A stretch of DNA of 64,000 nt, from positions 300,534-364,533 of the forward strand of contig CAVPVI010000019.1 of NCBI GenBank assembly GCA_963709135.1, read 5' to 3'. The stretch's first letter is position 1. Every line of letters starts with the position of its first letter. The DNA comes from an uncultured Solirubrobacterales bacterium (GTDB lineage: Bacteria; Actinomycetota; Thermoleophilia; Solirubrobacterales; Solirubrobacteraceae). This document shows, piece after piece, positions 19,647 through 30,290 of this stretch. The translations under genes and the position numbers were made by a program. The notes beneath the pieces are model-generated. The model was not told where the DNA came from. It did not search any database and saw only the letters and a program-made list of their open reading frames with translations.

Positions 19647-20212
19647 TTGAAACCAAAGCCCACCATTCTCTATCTGCTCGTCGGCCTGCTCGCCGGCGCT
19701 CTGCTCGCCGGCGGCGGCTACGCGCTCGGAGCTGGCAGCTCGAGCAAGACTATCGCCGGATGCGTCGTGAACGCGCTCGCACGAGCTGCTGATCCAAAAC
19801 CGCTGCGCGCGTGGGGAGAGCCGCCTTTCGTGGTACGAGAAGGGTCCGCAGGGGTAACCGGGTCGACACGGGGCCGCAGGGGCCGCCTGCGGCGACCGCG
19901 TGGGCGCGCGTCGTGCCCGGCGCGAGTAGCGCGATCGTCTTGGATAGCGAGAACCTGAGCGTCCAGCAGGACGGCAACGGCCTGTTCACGTTGACCGCTG
20001 GCGGGCCCTGCGCAAGCGGCAGTGACCCCTCGGAGGTGGTGACTCCATCCGTCTTCGACGTGAGCACGAACGGCCTTCCTGTCGCCTATGTCGTGAATCC
20101 AAATGGCCCGAATAACGTCTTCCAGGTCGTCACCGGCGGACTCAGCACTACCGGCACCTTTACGCAGGGCAACAGCGATTTCAGCGTCGCCGTGTTCTGC
20201 CATCAGAGCTAG
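19647..20212 (+). pseudogene. Secreted collagen-linker protein, frameshifted
   Basis: Signal peptide, IAGCV, then ELLIQNRC..GE..LSW..KGPQG in another frame, then GPQGP-ATAWARV domain. Confidence 0.55.
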
Positions 20213-20232
20213 CAAGGAAGGATCGGGGATCG

Positions 20233-23103
20233 ATGCGTAGTGGATCGATGAACGGAACAGGGCGCCGGCTAGTGCGCGGCCTGTCGGTCGCCGTCGTGGC
20301 GTTTGCCGGTGCCGGTGGCGCGGGGGAGTTTCCTGCGACGGCGTGGGCCGGTACGTATGGCGTGCAGATGTGCGCCGGCGGGTACGGTGTCGGGGCTTTT
20401 CAGAACGGTTGGTCCTCGAGCGCCGGGAAGGCGCTCGATACCTCAGCGAACTGTGACGCGCAGGACCTCGCGACGTTCGGCAAGGGCGATGGCCTGCAGG
20501 TCTGGAGCGCGGCGCCGGGTGTGGGGTCGGAGGCTGGCGCGTACTGGCTGGACGCGCCTGCGGGCACGTCGATAACGGGCCTGAGCTATGCGGGGGTGTT
20601 CAGCTCCCAGGGCGGGTGGGTCGCGCATTGGGCGACGTCGGAGAACGGCTCGGGGGATCCGACCAGCAGCGACTGTGGCACCAAGCAGGATTGCAATGGC
20701 GGCACGTTCTACGGCGCGTCTTACTCCGTGCCGAACTCGGGCTTGATCGGGTTCGGGATCTGGTGTGATGCGTCCTCGTGCGCGCAGAACGGCGTCGGGT
20801 CGTTGTTCGGACCGGCGGGCAGCGCGAACGTTTTCAACGCGACCGTCACGATCACCGAACCAAGTGCTCCGGCGATGAGCGCGATTGGCGGCAGCGTCTA
20901 CAATGAGGATCCAACCGGTTGGATCAGCAACCAGAACGCCCCGAGCGGCCAGAGCTGGACGGCGACCGTTCAGTCCAGCGATCCGGCGGGCGTGTGTTCT
21001 TTGCACCTGTCGGTCGGAGGCTTGAACGGGTCAGACGACGTGTCGCCGAACTTCGGGTCCGTCACACCGTGCAACGTGAGCGTGCCGTCGGTGACGCTCA
21101 ATCTCAACCCGTGCGAGTCTGGCGGGCTCGGTCCGGGGTCGTATTCGGCGAGCGCGTCGGCGAGCAACCCCGCCGGGATGGTGAGCTCCACGCGCGGCGG
21201 GCAGTTCAACGTGGAGTGCTCGGGTCCGTCGGTGGCGCTGAGCAGCACCAAGGATCTGAACGCCTGGTATTCGGGCCCGCAGACGGTCGATGTGGCCGCG
21301 AGCGACCCGTCCGGTTTGCAGTCGCTGGGCTGCGCGGTTGACGGGCAGGCTGTCGCGTTTCAGCAGTCCTCGCCGCCGTCCTACACGGTGCAAATCACCC
21401 AGAACGGTGCGAATAGCGTCACCTGCAACGCTGAGAACAACGTCGACTATTGGGCGCAGGCCAGTCTGAATGGCGAGGTGAAGATCGACAGCCAGGTCCC
21501 GTCGGTCGCGTTCAGCGGAGTGACGCCGGCCCCGGCGTGGGTGAGCGGCCCGCAGACGGTCACGGTCAACGGCCGTGAGCCCCAACAGCTCAGCGGGATC
21601 GGGAGCGTGTCCTGCCAGCTGGACGGCGGCGGCTGGACCACCACCAACGGGGCGGTCGCGAGCGTGCGGATCAGCAGCAATGGCGTGCACACGGTCAGCT
21701 GCTACACCACGACCGGTGCGGGTGTGAACAGCGCGACTGAGGCCGACACGGTGCAGATCGACTCAACGCCGCCCACCGTGAGCTTCTCGAGCGGGCCAAG
21801 TCAGTCAAGCTGGGAAACGACGACTCAGTCGATCGACGTCACCGCGACCAAGCCGGCCGGAACCAGCGGCGTTGCCCAGATCAGCTGCGCGCTCAACGAA
21901 CAGACCAGCAACTACGCCAACTCAGGCAGCGCCAGCAGCCAGACGGTGAAGATCACGGTGCCGCCTCCTGGCGGAGACCTGTCGTGCAAGGCCCAGGACA
22001 AAGCTGGCAACTGGTCGACACCGCAGGCGTGGAGCTTCCTGATCGACAACACCGCGCCCACGGGCGAGTTCCTGCCAGCCAACCCGACCGACCCGACGCA
22101 GGTGTCCGTACAGGTCGCCGACAGCGTCTCGGGCGTGGCGGGTGTGACGATCCAGCTCCAGACTGCGAGCGGCTGGCAGCCGCTTGCAACCAGCTTCGAC
22201 GCCGGCACCGGCATCGCGACCGCGACGATCCCCGACAATGGGACGCTCGCGGACGGCACCTACCAGCTGCAAGCGCTCGCATGGAGCGTCGCCGGAACCG
22301 AGGCGACGATCACCGAAGGGCCGCTGAGCGCGCCCGCCGCCGTTACGCTGCCGCTGCGAATCGTCACGCAGCTGATCGTCGGCCCGGTGCAGGCTCAGGC
22401 GACGGCCGTGAGTTGCAGCCTGGAGCGCCGCGTGGTGCGCCGTGCGGACGTCGCGCGACACCAGGGGCTGGCCGCCAAGCTCGGCGAGCGCTGCCGAGCA
22501 ATTGAAGTGCCACACGACAGCGAGGTCAAGTTGCGCTACGGGCAGCGGTCGACCGTACAGGGACTGCTCGAGACGATCGACGGCACCCCGGTCCCGGGCC
22601 AGACGATCACAGTCGTCCAGGAGCCGGACGGTTGGGGTGCGCACGCGGCCGGCTCGGCGACGACCGACAGTCATGGTCGCTTCACATACACGCTGGTGCC
22701 CGGGGCGTCCCGCAAGGTCACGTTCTCCTACCGGGGAACGGACGTCCTGCGCTCGACCAGCGCCAGCGCAGACGTCTATGTCGTTGGCAAAGCCACAATC
22801 AGCGTCAGCAAGCATGCCGTCGCCGGTCGCAAGCTGAGAATCAGCGGCCGGCTGTATGGCGGTTACATTCCGGCCGACGGCGTGCTCGTGCAGTTGTGGT
22901 ACCGCGTGAAGGGTGTGCCGGCGTCGTACGGGCCGTTTGACCACGCCATCGACACCAATCGAGATGGTGCATTCAGCATCACGTTCCCAGTCTCCACCGC
23001 TGCCCGGGGCTATACCTACCTGTTCAAGGCGGTGATCGCTCAACAGACCGGATGGCCATTCCTGGCCACGACCACGAACGTCGTGGCGCGTCGGGTGGGC
23101 TAA
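20233..23103 (+). CDS. Large secreted Ig-like repeat protein
   Basis: Signal peptide ending AWA; D.T.P.V Ig-like repeats with paired Cys; C-terminal TTD..GRF.Y beta domains. Confidence 0.85.
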   Translation: MRSGSMNGTGRRLVRGLSVAVVAFAGAGGAGEFPATAWAGTYGVQMCAGGYGVGAFQNGWSSSAGKALDTSANCDAQDLATFGKGDGLQVWSAAPGVGSEAGAYWLDAPAGTSITGLSYAGVFSSQGGWVAHWATSENGSGDPTSSDCGTKQDCNGGTFYGASYSVPNSGLIGFGIWCDASSCAQNGVGSLFGPAGSANVFNATVTITEPSAPAMSAIGGSVYNEDPTGWISNQNAPSGQSWTATVQSSDPAGVCSLHLSVGGLNGSDDVSPNFGSVTPCNVSVPSVTLNLNPCESGGLGPGSYSASASASNPAGMVSSTRGGQFNVECSGPSVALSSTKDLNAWYSGPQTVDVAASDPSGLQSLGCAVDGQAVAFQQSSPPSYTVQITQNGANSVTCNAENNVDYWAQASLNGEVKIDSQVPSVAFSGVTPAPAWVSGPQTVTVNGREPQQLSGIGSVSCQLDGGGWTTTNGAVASVRISSNGVHTVSCYTTTGAGVNSATEADTVQIDSTPPTVSFSSGPSQSSWETTTQSIDVTATKPAGTSGVAQISCALNEQTSNYANSGSASSQTVKITVPPPGGDLSCKAQDKAGNWSTPQAWSFLIDNTAPTGEFLPANPTDPTQVSVQVADSVSGVAGVTIQLQTASGWQPLATSFDAGTGIATATIPDNGTLADGTYQLQALAWSVAGTEATITEGPLSAPAAVTLPLRIVTQLIVGPVQAQATAVSCSLERRVVRRADVARHQGLAAKLGERCRAIEVPHDSEVKLRYGQRSTVQGLLETIDGTPVPGQTITVVQEPDGWGAHAAGSATTDSHGRFTYTLVPGASRKVTFSYRGTDVLRSTSASADVYVVGKATISVSKHAVAGRKLRISGRLYGGYIPADGVLVQLWYRVKGVPASYGPFDHAIDTNRDGAFSITFPVSTAARGYTYLFKAVIAQQTGWPFLATTTNVVARRVG

Positions 23104-23265
23104 GAGCCTGTCCGAATTACCCCGCGCACGTCTGGCGGCGGCGGACCGGCGCGATACGGCACGGTCGGAAGGCTTGCGTAGCGCTGCGACGCGGCGCCTT
23201 CCGCCCGCACCGTCTCGCTTGCTCCGGCGCTCGCCAGCCGCACACTGGGTAATTCGGACAGGCTC
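23104..23265. mobile_element. 162-bp MITE (IS5-like ends) with TAA target duplication
   Basis: Perfect 19-bp IRs GAGCCTGTCCGAATTACCC and GGGTAATTCGGACAGGCTC; TAA at 23101-23103 and 23266-23268. Confidence 0.88.
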
Positions 23266-23804
23266 TAAGGGCCTATATAGGTGTTGCCGCTCGGGGCCAG
23301 TTTCCAAAGGGCGCGTAGTTCCAGTCGTTGTTTCCAATCGGCGTGCTGGTTTGCAGCGGCGCCGAGGTGCACGGCTTCACCGCGGCGGGCGCGTCGGTCC
23401 GGTTCGTGTTGACGCGTGTCGATGCCGAGGCGACCGCCGAGCCGAGCAACCCAGCTCGGACGCCTTCGCCTCCAGCCGATCCCCGAGCGTGGTCTGAGTC
23501 GAGCGGTGAGGGGTTTGCGGTCCGCGTCGGTGCTCATGGACGCTGGCGTGTTGAACGCCGTCCAGTTGCGTGACGCCGTTGTGCTGCTGGGGCATCTGAA
23601 CGAGGCGTGATTCGGGTACCGCTCGGGCGATCCGTCGCGTCCTACTGCGGGCGACGCGCGCCAGGTCGATCCTCGCGTTCCGGCTGACGCCGTTCTCCAC
23701 GCAAGGCGTGGATCTCGCGCTGCTGCGCTCCGATCTGCTCTCGCCAACGCCGATGGACGGCCGCTGGCCTGCGGACGTGCCTTACCCGTACTGCGGGGTG
23801 CCGG

Positions 23805-24060
23805 AGAGCCTGGAGCGTCTTGGGCGTGGCCTCAAGCATCTCATCGAACTCGTCGACGACCTCAAGACTCGAAAGGTCGAGTTCCTGTCGATCACCGAAG
23901 GGATCGACACCACCACGCCACAGGGCACCTCCAGTTCCAGCTATTCGGCCCGCTGGCCGAATTCGAGCGATCCGTGATCCTCGAACGCACCCGGCCGGGA
24001 TGGCAGCGGCCCGCGCCCGCGGACGCATCGGCGGCCGGCCACAGCGGCTCACTCCGGAGA
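23805..24060 (+). pseudogene. Serine recombinase (resolvase/invertase) remnant
   Basis: LERLGRGLKHLIELVDDL...FLSITEGIDTTTPQG, LAEFER, ERT..GMAAARARGRIGGRP across frameshifts. Confidence 0.8.
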
Positions 24061-24075
24061 GCCCGGGCTTGGATT

Positions 24076-25221
24076 TCAGCCTCGGTTGAAGATCACTTGT
24101 TGGTCGGCGGCGCTGTTTGGATCCGCGGGCGTGTACACGAGGAAGGTGTTTTCGCGCACGCGCACGGTCGCCTGGAAGGAATGCGCGAACCCCTCATCGC
24201 CAGCAGCGTTGGGTCCCCCGAGAGCGCCGAGGTGATCACTGCGCCCGAAGAGCTTCACGGTCACCGAGGTGACGCCGTCCGGGACCAGGCCATCGATGTC
24301 CCACTCGTAGTGGGCGGCGGACCCCGGCGGCGAGGTCAGCGAGCCGCCTTCAACCTGAATCCCGTGGCTGCGGAATGCTGTGGCGTTGAAGATCCCGGCG
24401 GTGCCGCCGAGGCCTTGGAAGCCGAGCAGGAGGTTGTTGCGCTCGGCTTGCGGGCCGAGCTTGTAGCCGAGTTGGAGACGGAGCGCCTCGTTCGCGACCT
24501 TTGCGGGTTGGCCGACCACGATCCGCCTGAGAACCTTCGTCGCGGCGTCGATGCACGGGTACTGCCCGTCGCGGGGAACCGACCAGTGGCCGTGGCCGAC
24601 GGTGATCCGCATCGTCACGCCGTGTGGCCAATCAACCAAGCGAACATACCGGCGGTAGTAGGTGTAAGCCCCGGGCGGCCCGAGCAGCCCCGGCTCCTGC
24701 GCGCCTGTCGGGAGCGAAACGGCGAGCTCGGCGGTGGTCGGTTGGCGACGCAGGACGCCGAGCATCGACAGCAATGATGCTGGTGGCCTGCCCTCGGAGA
24801 TAGAGGTGTGCGGTGTCGGGTTGATCTGCTGCCCGCAGGCCGGCGAGCTGGCCTGCGCCTGTTGGCGTGCCAGGTTGACAAGCGCGATCGCCTGGTCCTC
24901 GATGCTGTGGCCCGCCGGGTGCGACGCGAGGCTGAGGACGCGAGGTTCAGATCCCGCGACGCCGCCCGGCGTGGCCGGCATCAATGGGTTGCTGGATCCG
25001 GCCGGGCCGGCGGTGTTGACCGGGGTGGCGGCGTGACCGTGCCTGAGCGCGGTCAACGCGATCACGGCCACCGCAATCGCGACGAGAATCGACGCGATCG
25101 CCGGCAGCCCAGTGGCCGTCGCTCTCAGGCGGGGCGCCGGGGGCGACAGACGCCGATGCCTTCGGGCGCGACGCGACGCCGCCCCATGGATCTGCTCACG
25201 GAACTTCGGGAGTAGGGTCAC
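24076..25221 (-). CDS. Single-TM protein coupled to the ECF sigma factor (putative anti-sigma)
   Basis: Short cytoplasmic N-terminus, TM segment, GLVPDGV..V motif; overlaps the sigma stop codon. Confidence 0.75.
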   Translation of the reverse strand: MTLLPKFREQIHGAASRRARRHRRLSPPAPRLRATATGLPAIASILVAIAVAVIALTALRHGHAATPVNTAGPAGSSNPLMPATPGGVAGSEPRVLSLASHPAGHSIEDQAIALVNLARQQAQASSPACGQQINPTPHTSISEGRPPASLLSMLGVLRRQPTTAELAVSLPTGAQEPGLLGPPGAYTYYRRYVRLVDWPHGVTMRITVGHGHWSVPRDGQYPCIDAATKVLRRIVVGQPAKVANEALRLQLGYKLGPQAERNNLLLGFQGLGGTAGIFNATAFRSHGIQVEGGSLTSPPGSAAHYEWDIDGLVPDGVTSVTVKLFGRSDHLGALGGPNAAGDEGFAHSFQATVRVRENTFLVYTPADPNSAADQQVIFNRG

Positions 25222-25775
25222 GTCGGATCCTCCAAGTTCTCTCGTAAAGCGGCCAGACCGCGGCTGACGCGTTTGCGGACGACCAGCTCCGAGGTCTGCA
25301 ACTCGCTGGCGATCTCGCCGTAATCGCGCTCATCCAGAACGCGAGCACGGACAGCCTCGCGCTGCTCGGGCGGGAGACCGTCGAGCAGGCCGATCAACCA
25401 ATCCGACTGGCTGACCTGCGCCTCGATCCGCTCCAACTCGTCGTCGCCGTACTCAACCGCATCACGGATCCCGATCCGCTGACGAGCGCGCGCCTCGACC
25501 CGACCGCGTCGCAGGCTGTCGTTCAGCGTGTTGTGTGCGATCGTGAACAACCACGGTGCGGCCGTCGGCTCCGTCGAGCGGTATCGATGCACGGCCGCGA
25601 GCGCGGATGCGAACACCTCGCTCGCGAGATCGACGGCCGTCTCGGCACTGCGCGTGCGCCGCAGCATGTAGCCCACAACCGCCCACTCATACCGGTCATA
25701 GAACGCTGCGAACGCATCAGGATTCGACCGGCTCGCCGACAACAACGCCCCATCGCCCACCTCAGACCATCGCAT
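25218..25775 (-). CDS. ECF RNA polymerase sigma factor
   Basis: Region 2 (AVDLASEVF, WLFTIAHN) and region 4 (LP.EQREAV, YGEIA, VRKRVSRGL). Confidence 0.93.
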   Translation of the reverse strand: MRWSEVGDGALLSASRSNPDAFAAFYDRYEWAVVGYMLRRTRSAETAVDLASEVFASALAAVHRYRSTEPTAAPWLFTIAHNTLNDSLRRGRVEARARQRIGIRDAVEYGDDELERIEAQVSQSDWLIGLLDGLPPEQREAVRARVLDERDYGEIASELQTSELVVRKRVSRGLAALRENLEDPT

Positions 25776-25782
25776 ATCAGGG

Positions 25783-25809
25783 ATAACGCACCGCCCCCAA
25801 GTTTGTGAC
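25783..25809 (-). promoter_or_regulatory. Putative autoregulated, near-leaderless ECF promoter
   Basis: Minus strand GTCAC-N16-CGTT a few bases upstream of the ATG; no RBS. Confidence 0.5.
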
Positions 25810-26488
25810 CGGACCGCCGCTCAGCACATCACCCACCGATCACGGGAGCTCGCGAGCCGCGTTCGACCGCGGCAGTGCGACCGCGCCAACGACACCCCTG
25901 GGGACCGTCATAAAGCTCAGTCTATGTGCGCCGCCGCCCTCCAAATCGCTCGCTGCTTAGCCACTCCGGCCGCCACCCGGGCCGCTGCCGAGAGGTCGCT
26001 GCTCGACGCGAAATGCGGCCACCGACATCAGCCCTGACCGCGTGACCCCTGGAAACGTGGAGCAGCAGCACGTGAGCCAGCCGCCGCCGACCGACCCTGT
26101 AGCCCTGTACCCGAGGCAGACGGGGCATCAATGGCCACGGCGCGAGCAGGCTCGCCCCGAGCGAAAAACGCTTCGCCGCAAAACGCCCATCGATCAACGA
26201 ACATGCCGACGGCGTTCGGGCGCCATTCTGAGGGGCGTCGCATTGTCGAACGATCAACGAACGCCGTCGAGCGCGCGGCTCGACACGGACCGCGGCGTGA
26301 GGCAGCCGCCCTGGCCGATCAGGACCTCTGGAGGATCGTGATAGCGAGACCGAAGCGACGCAGTCCGCGAGCGGTCTGCCGAACCCATGGACGCCACGGC
26401 GATTGCCCGAATCCAGGACTACGGCACGTCCAGGAAGAAGTCTTGCCGAACCGTCTCGCCGGGTGAGATCACGACCTGCTGGGCGTCC

Positions 26489-27117
26489 TCAGGATGAACG
26501 CCGTTGGTATTCGCGTCGAGGAATGTTCCCGGTGATCGTGTAGGTGCCGGGCGCAAGCGGGATCTTCACAAGGACGCCTGCGACCGAGGTCTGCGTCGCT
26601 ACGACACCGCCGCTTGGGTTCGTGACAGCCACCGTTCCGGCGCCGGGCGTCGGCGCCGGGCGCCAGCAGTGCGGGTCTGAAAACGGGATCGCCGGGCCGC
26701 CGACAACGAAGAAGCCGGAGACCAACGCGGTCGGGCCGGGCGTCACGAGGGGCTCCTTGATCGCCGGCGGGTGGGCCGCCATGCCGAAACAGAGCGGCTG
26801 AGCCACACAGTCACGCCCACCGCGCGTCGCCCCGCCGCCGGCGACTGCCGCGAGACGGTCTGGACCCCGGGCACCTTGAGCAACTCGCCAGTCGTGTGCA
26901 GCTGACAGCCAGCGCGCCTCCCCTCAGCGCGAGCTCTCTGGAACGTGAGTCCGATGAGGCGCGGAACTCGACACGCCTCGCTGGTGAGTGCCGCGCCGAC
27001 GGTCGGGGCGATCGCCACCAAGCCGACCGCCGCCACGAGCAACGCGACTGCCAACGCTCGGGCCGCACGCCCTGCTGCCGCTACGCCCGACACGCGACGA
27101 ACTCTACGCCGCAACAT
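26489..27117 (-). pseudogene. Secreted PASTA-like protein, frameshifted near 26805
   Basis: Signal peptide, CRVPRLIGLT...QSPAAG, then a beta domain (IPLAPGTYTITG) in the adjacent frame. Confidence 0.6.
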
Positions 27118-27259
27118 CGCCCTCCACGCCTCTCACTCATTTCGTTGCCGAACCGACAGCGCGACCAACTGGATCGTTTGGCCGCATGGCGGAGGCGGCC
27201 TGCGCGGTGTAGAACTTCGGCGGCGATGAGGATCGCGGTGCTGTGAGCTGGTTACGGGC

Positions 27260-27480
27260 GTGGTGGGTCCCGACGCCCGACGTGTGGTGCTCGACGACGC
27301 TGGCTGGACTCATATCCGTGAGGAGCACGCGGAGATGGCCGCTCACCGCGACGCCGTGCTCACGACGGTCACCAACCCCGACTATCGCCGACCTGATCCA
27401 AGACCCTCGCGCGAACGCTTCTGGCGGCGCGGGCTGGGCCCGAGTCGCTGGCTGCTGGTGGTCGTAGACTTCGGTACTCA
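27260..27480 (+). pseudogene. PBECR/RelE-like nuclease toxin fragment
   Basis: P.ARRVVL....WTHI...H.EM......V..TV..PD...ERF......RWLLVVV pattern; C-terminus lost. Confidence 0.55.
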
Positions 27481-27908
27481 GCCCACGCGTCGGCGCGGAA
27501 CGGTGGGATACGGCGATGATGAGGCTCCTACGCACCGAACGGACGCAGCACCGGCAGCGGCATCGCCTCTTCTCGCAGAGTCCTCCCGTCCGCTTCGTCG
27601 CCCGCCGGACACACGCTGGTCAGCCAGCCGCTCGCGACCGGATCCAGAGCAGCCCAACTGGCCCGAGCCAGCACCCTGCCACGGCCCAGCGGGGCGAACG
27701 CCTCGACCGCCCGGCTTCCCTCCTCGTCGTGCGAGCAACAGAGGACCCGGGGATCCGTCTTCCGGGCGCACGCTGATCGTTCGACAACTGCAACGTTGTC
27801 CACCGTGATCGGATAGCAGCGATGCGTGCGGTGGTTGGACCGGCTGACTGTTGAGATTAGTCCGGCCAGCACCGGGCTCGCCATCAGGAGCGACGTTAGG
27901 ATCCATCT

Positions 27909-28394
27909 ATGGGCGAACCTCCCGACGCGATCGGCGAGCAGCCCGCGCCGGAGCTGCTTCGCCGTTTCGCTCTGTTCCGGGAAGCTCACGCCAGCGCCGC
28001 TCCGTCCTTGGATGAACGCGAGTCGCGGGCGCTGCGCAGGCTCCAAGGAGATGAGCGTCTTGGGCTCATCGTTTCGCAAGCGAGGAGCGTTGAGCTGACA
28101 GCGTCGCTGAAGGTGCTTGTCGTGCCTGGGAAGCGGGGTGCTTTCCTGGTCGTTTCGACCGTGCGGCCGGACGGCACGCCCGCCGTGTTCGGAGGGGGCG
28201 CACCCCTTGAGACCGTGCTCGACGGCGGCCCGATCCTCACGTCCGGCGCGACGATCTTCGGATTGGCGCCGGACGGCATCACCGAGCAGCGGGTTCTCCT
28301 TGCTGACGGGTCGACGATCGGCGCTCCGGTCCTCAGCAACGTCTATGTAGTGGAAGATCCGAGCTGGAGCTCGCCGGTTTTCGCGGACACATGA
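27909..28394 (+). CDS. Hypothetical protein (resembles the extracellular part of the ECF partner)
   Basis: FALFR...FGLAPDGI..NVY motif shared with 24076-25221. Confidence 0.6.
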   Translation: MGEPPDAIGEQPAPELLRRFALFREAHASAAPSLDERESRALRRLQGDERLGLIVSQARSVELTASLKVLVVPGKRGAFLVVSTVRPDGTPAVFGGGAPLETVLDGGPILTSGATIFGLAPDGITEQRVLLADGSTIGAPVLSNVYVVEDPSWSSPVFADT

Positions 28395-28740
28395 GCGCCG
28401 GCGCTGTACAGGCCCGGCGAGGGCATCGCGTTCACGTCTGCTTTGACTGGTCTCGGTTGGACGTAGATGTGCGCTGTGCGTTGCCCATTGAGATGCTCGC
28501 CGAGGCCTCCGCGGACGTCACTCCGAGCGGCGACGCAGTCCAGTCGGCGTGCGCTCTGGCGGGAGTCTGCCGACGGACTCTCCTGTCCGCAACGACATGG
28601 CGTCCGATCGCCGTACACGACGCGCGCTAAGCGGGTTCGGCCGGCGTACTGGCCTGCGAGCGCGGCGGGCCGCGCTGCTCGCATCTCAGCAGTCGAGGCT
28701 CACGCCGCTGCGGCCAGCGCCGCTTCGAGGGCAGCGGACG

Positions 28741-29364
28741 CTAGCGGACGAGGCGTTTGGTGAGCCGGTCGGGGTTCTGGCGAATGAAGTAGTCGCCCCC
28801 GAGGTCGTGGTACAGCTCTCCGGTTTGCAACATGTGCCAGCCGGCGGTAAGGATCGAGTGGCCAACCGCCGTGACGGCCTTGGCATGGCCACGGCGTCCG
28901 CGGAGGCGTTGGTACTGCGCGGCGTGGTAGGAGTCCTTGGTGCGCGCAGCGGCGTTCGCGGACTCGTTGAGGGTCGCTCGCAGCCACTTATCGCCCTTGC
29001 CGGTCTTGCCCGAGCGGCGCTTGCCGGCGGACTGGTCGTTACCGGGTGACACCTTCGCCCAGGACGCGAGGTGCTTGGGGGTCGCGAACACGCTCATGTC
29101 GACCCCGATCTCAGAGATGATCACCTCGGCCGCGCGCTGCTTGACGCCCGGGATGCTCATCAGCAGGTCACGCTGGGCCGCGAAAGGGGCGATCTGCTGC
29201 TCGATCTCCGCCGAGAGGCGGTCGATCGCCTCGTCGAGGAAGTCGATGTGCGCGAGGATCTGTCCGACGATCAACGCGTGCTCATCGGCGAAGCGACCGA
29301 CCAGCGCTTCGCGCAGCGCCGGGAGCTTCTTGCGCAGCTGCCCGCGGGCGAGATCGGCCAGCAC
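28741..29364 (-). pseudogene. IS110-family transposase, C-terminal half
   Basis: LMSIPGV, EIG.DMS.F, SPGN..SAGK, A..AVGH.IL. Confidence 0.88.
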
Positions 29365-29538
29365 GTTGGGGTCGGGGTTGGCGGCTTCGCGGCTCGGTGG
29401 GGTGAGCTACACCCGGGGTGTCGTGGTCCCGCTGGATTTTCTATGCAATCGTTGCGCTCAACGATCAAACCCAAAACAGCGCCCGCCGCCAGGGCGCCGC
29501 GTCTCGCACGAATTGTCTATCGCGCGCGCCCTCGCGCG

Positions 29539-29620
29539 CGTGGAAAACGTAACGGCCTGTTGATAACTCTTCGAGTTACCAACAGTTAACTACTACCTAC
29601 TACTGCTACGACAACGACTT
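29539..29620. other. DnaA-box-like motifs followed by a TAC trinucleotide run (origin-like)
   Basis: cgtggaaaa, tgttgataa (29558), ttaccaaca (29576), then tactacctactactgctacgacaacgac. Confidence 0.4.
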
Positions 29621-29814
29621 CCTCTTCAAACAGGGGGTGTTGCGATCACCGCTAGAACCCAAGGAACAACCTCATCTGCAACGGGTCGCGGCCAGCGCCA
29701 GCGGCGACGAACCGCTTGGGCGATCGCCTTCGCGGCGATCGCCCCGCTGGCGAGCCGACGCGGCGCTCCCGGCGAGCAGAGCGATCGTCCGCTGCCACAG
29801 CAGTCGGCCCGGAT

Positions 29815-30196
29815 CTGAGCTGACGAACCCTGAGGGTGTCGACGTGCTGCTGGAAGGCAACCGCTTTGCCGTCGTTGAGGGTCCACACGTGGACCATCTT
29901 CACAGCGGCGGCTCACCGTAACTCTTGTGCTTCCACCTGTAGCTCCCGAGCGCCACCACTGTGTCGCCATCGGCGATGAACTGCTCCGGCACGACGGCGA
30001 AGTCATCGCCGATTTCCCCGAGTCGCATGAACACGCCTTCGAGCACCGCCTGCGGGCCCACGTAGGTGCCCGCGAGGGGAAATCCGTCGGCCTCGGTCCA
30101 CTGGATGTCGTCGGCCATCGCGGCGAGGGCGGCGGGAACGTCGCCCGCTGCGAAGCTCGCGTAGGCGTTTTCGACGATCTGCTTGTTGGTGGCCAT
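29815..30196 (-). pseudogene. SnoaL/NTF2-family protein, frameshifted near 29905
   Basis: AYASFAAGDV...W..A.GFP.AGTY.G..., continues HVWTLNDGKAVAFQQHVDT in another frame. Confidence 0.85.
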
Positions 30197-30220
30197 CTTG
30201 GGTCCTCTTCTGTTGCCCTT

Positions 30221-30276
30221 GAATGACGATGTCATTCATAACACAGTTATGAGCCGACGTCAATGACGGTGTTATG
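30221..30276. promoter_or_regulatory. Three ATRAC-N3-GTYAT palindromes, candidate TetR operators
   Basis: gaatgac-gat-gtcattc, cataac-aca-gttatg, aatgac-ggt-gttat between the divergent genes. Confidence 0.65.
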
Positions 30277-30290
30277 GATATGCTGCGGTT

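Noticed and set aside
29539-29620. True chromosomal oriC
   Set aside because: No dnaA, dnaN or rpmH, few and imperfect boxes, and it lies amid IS debris
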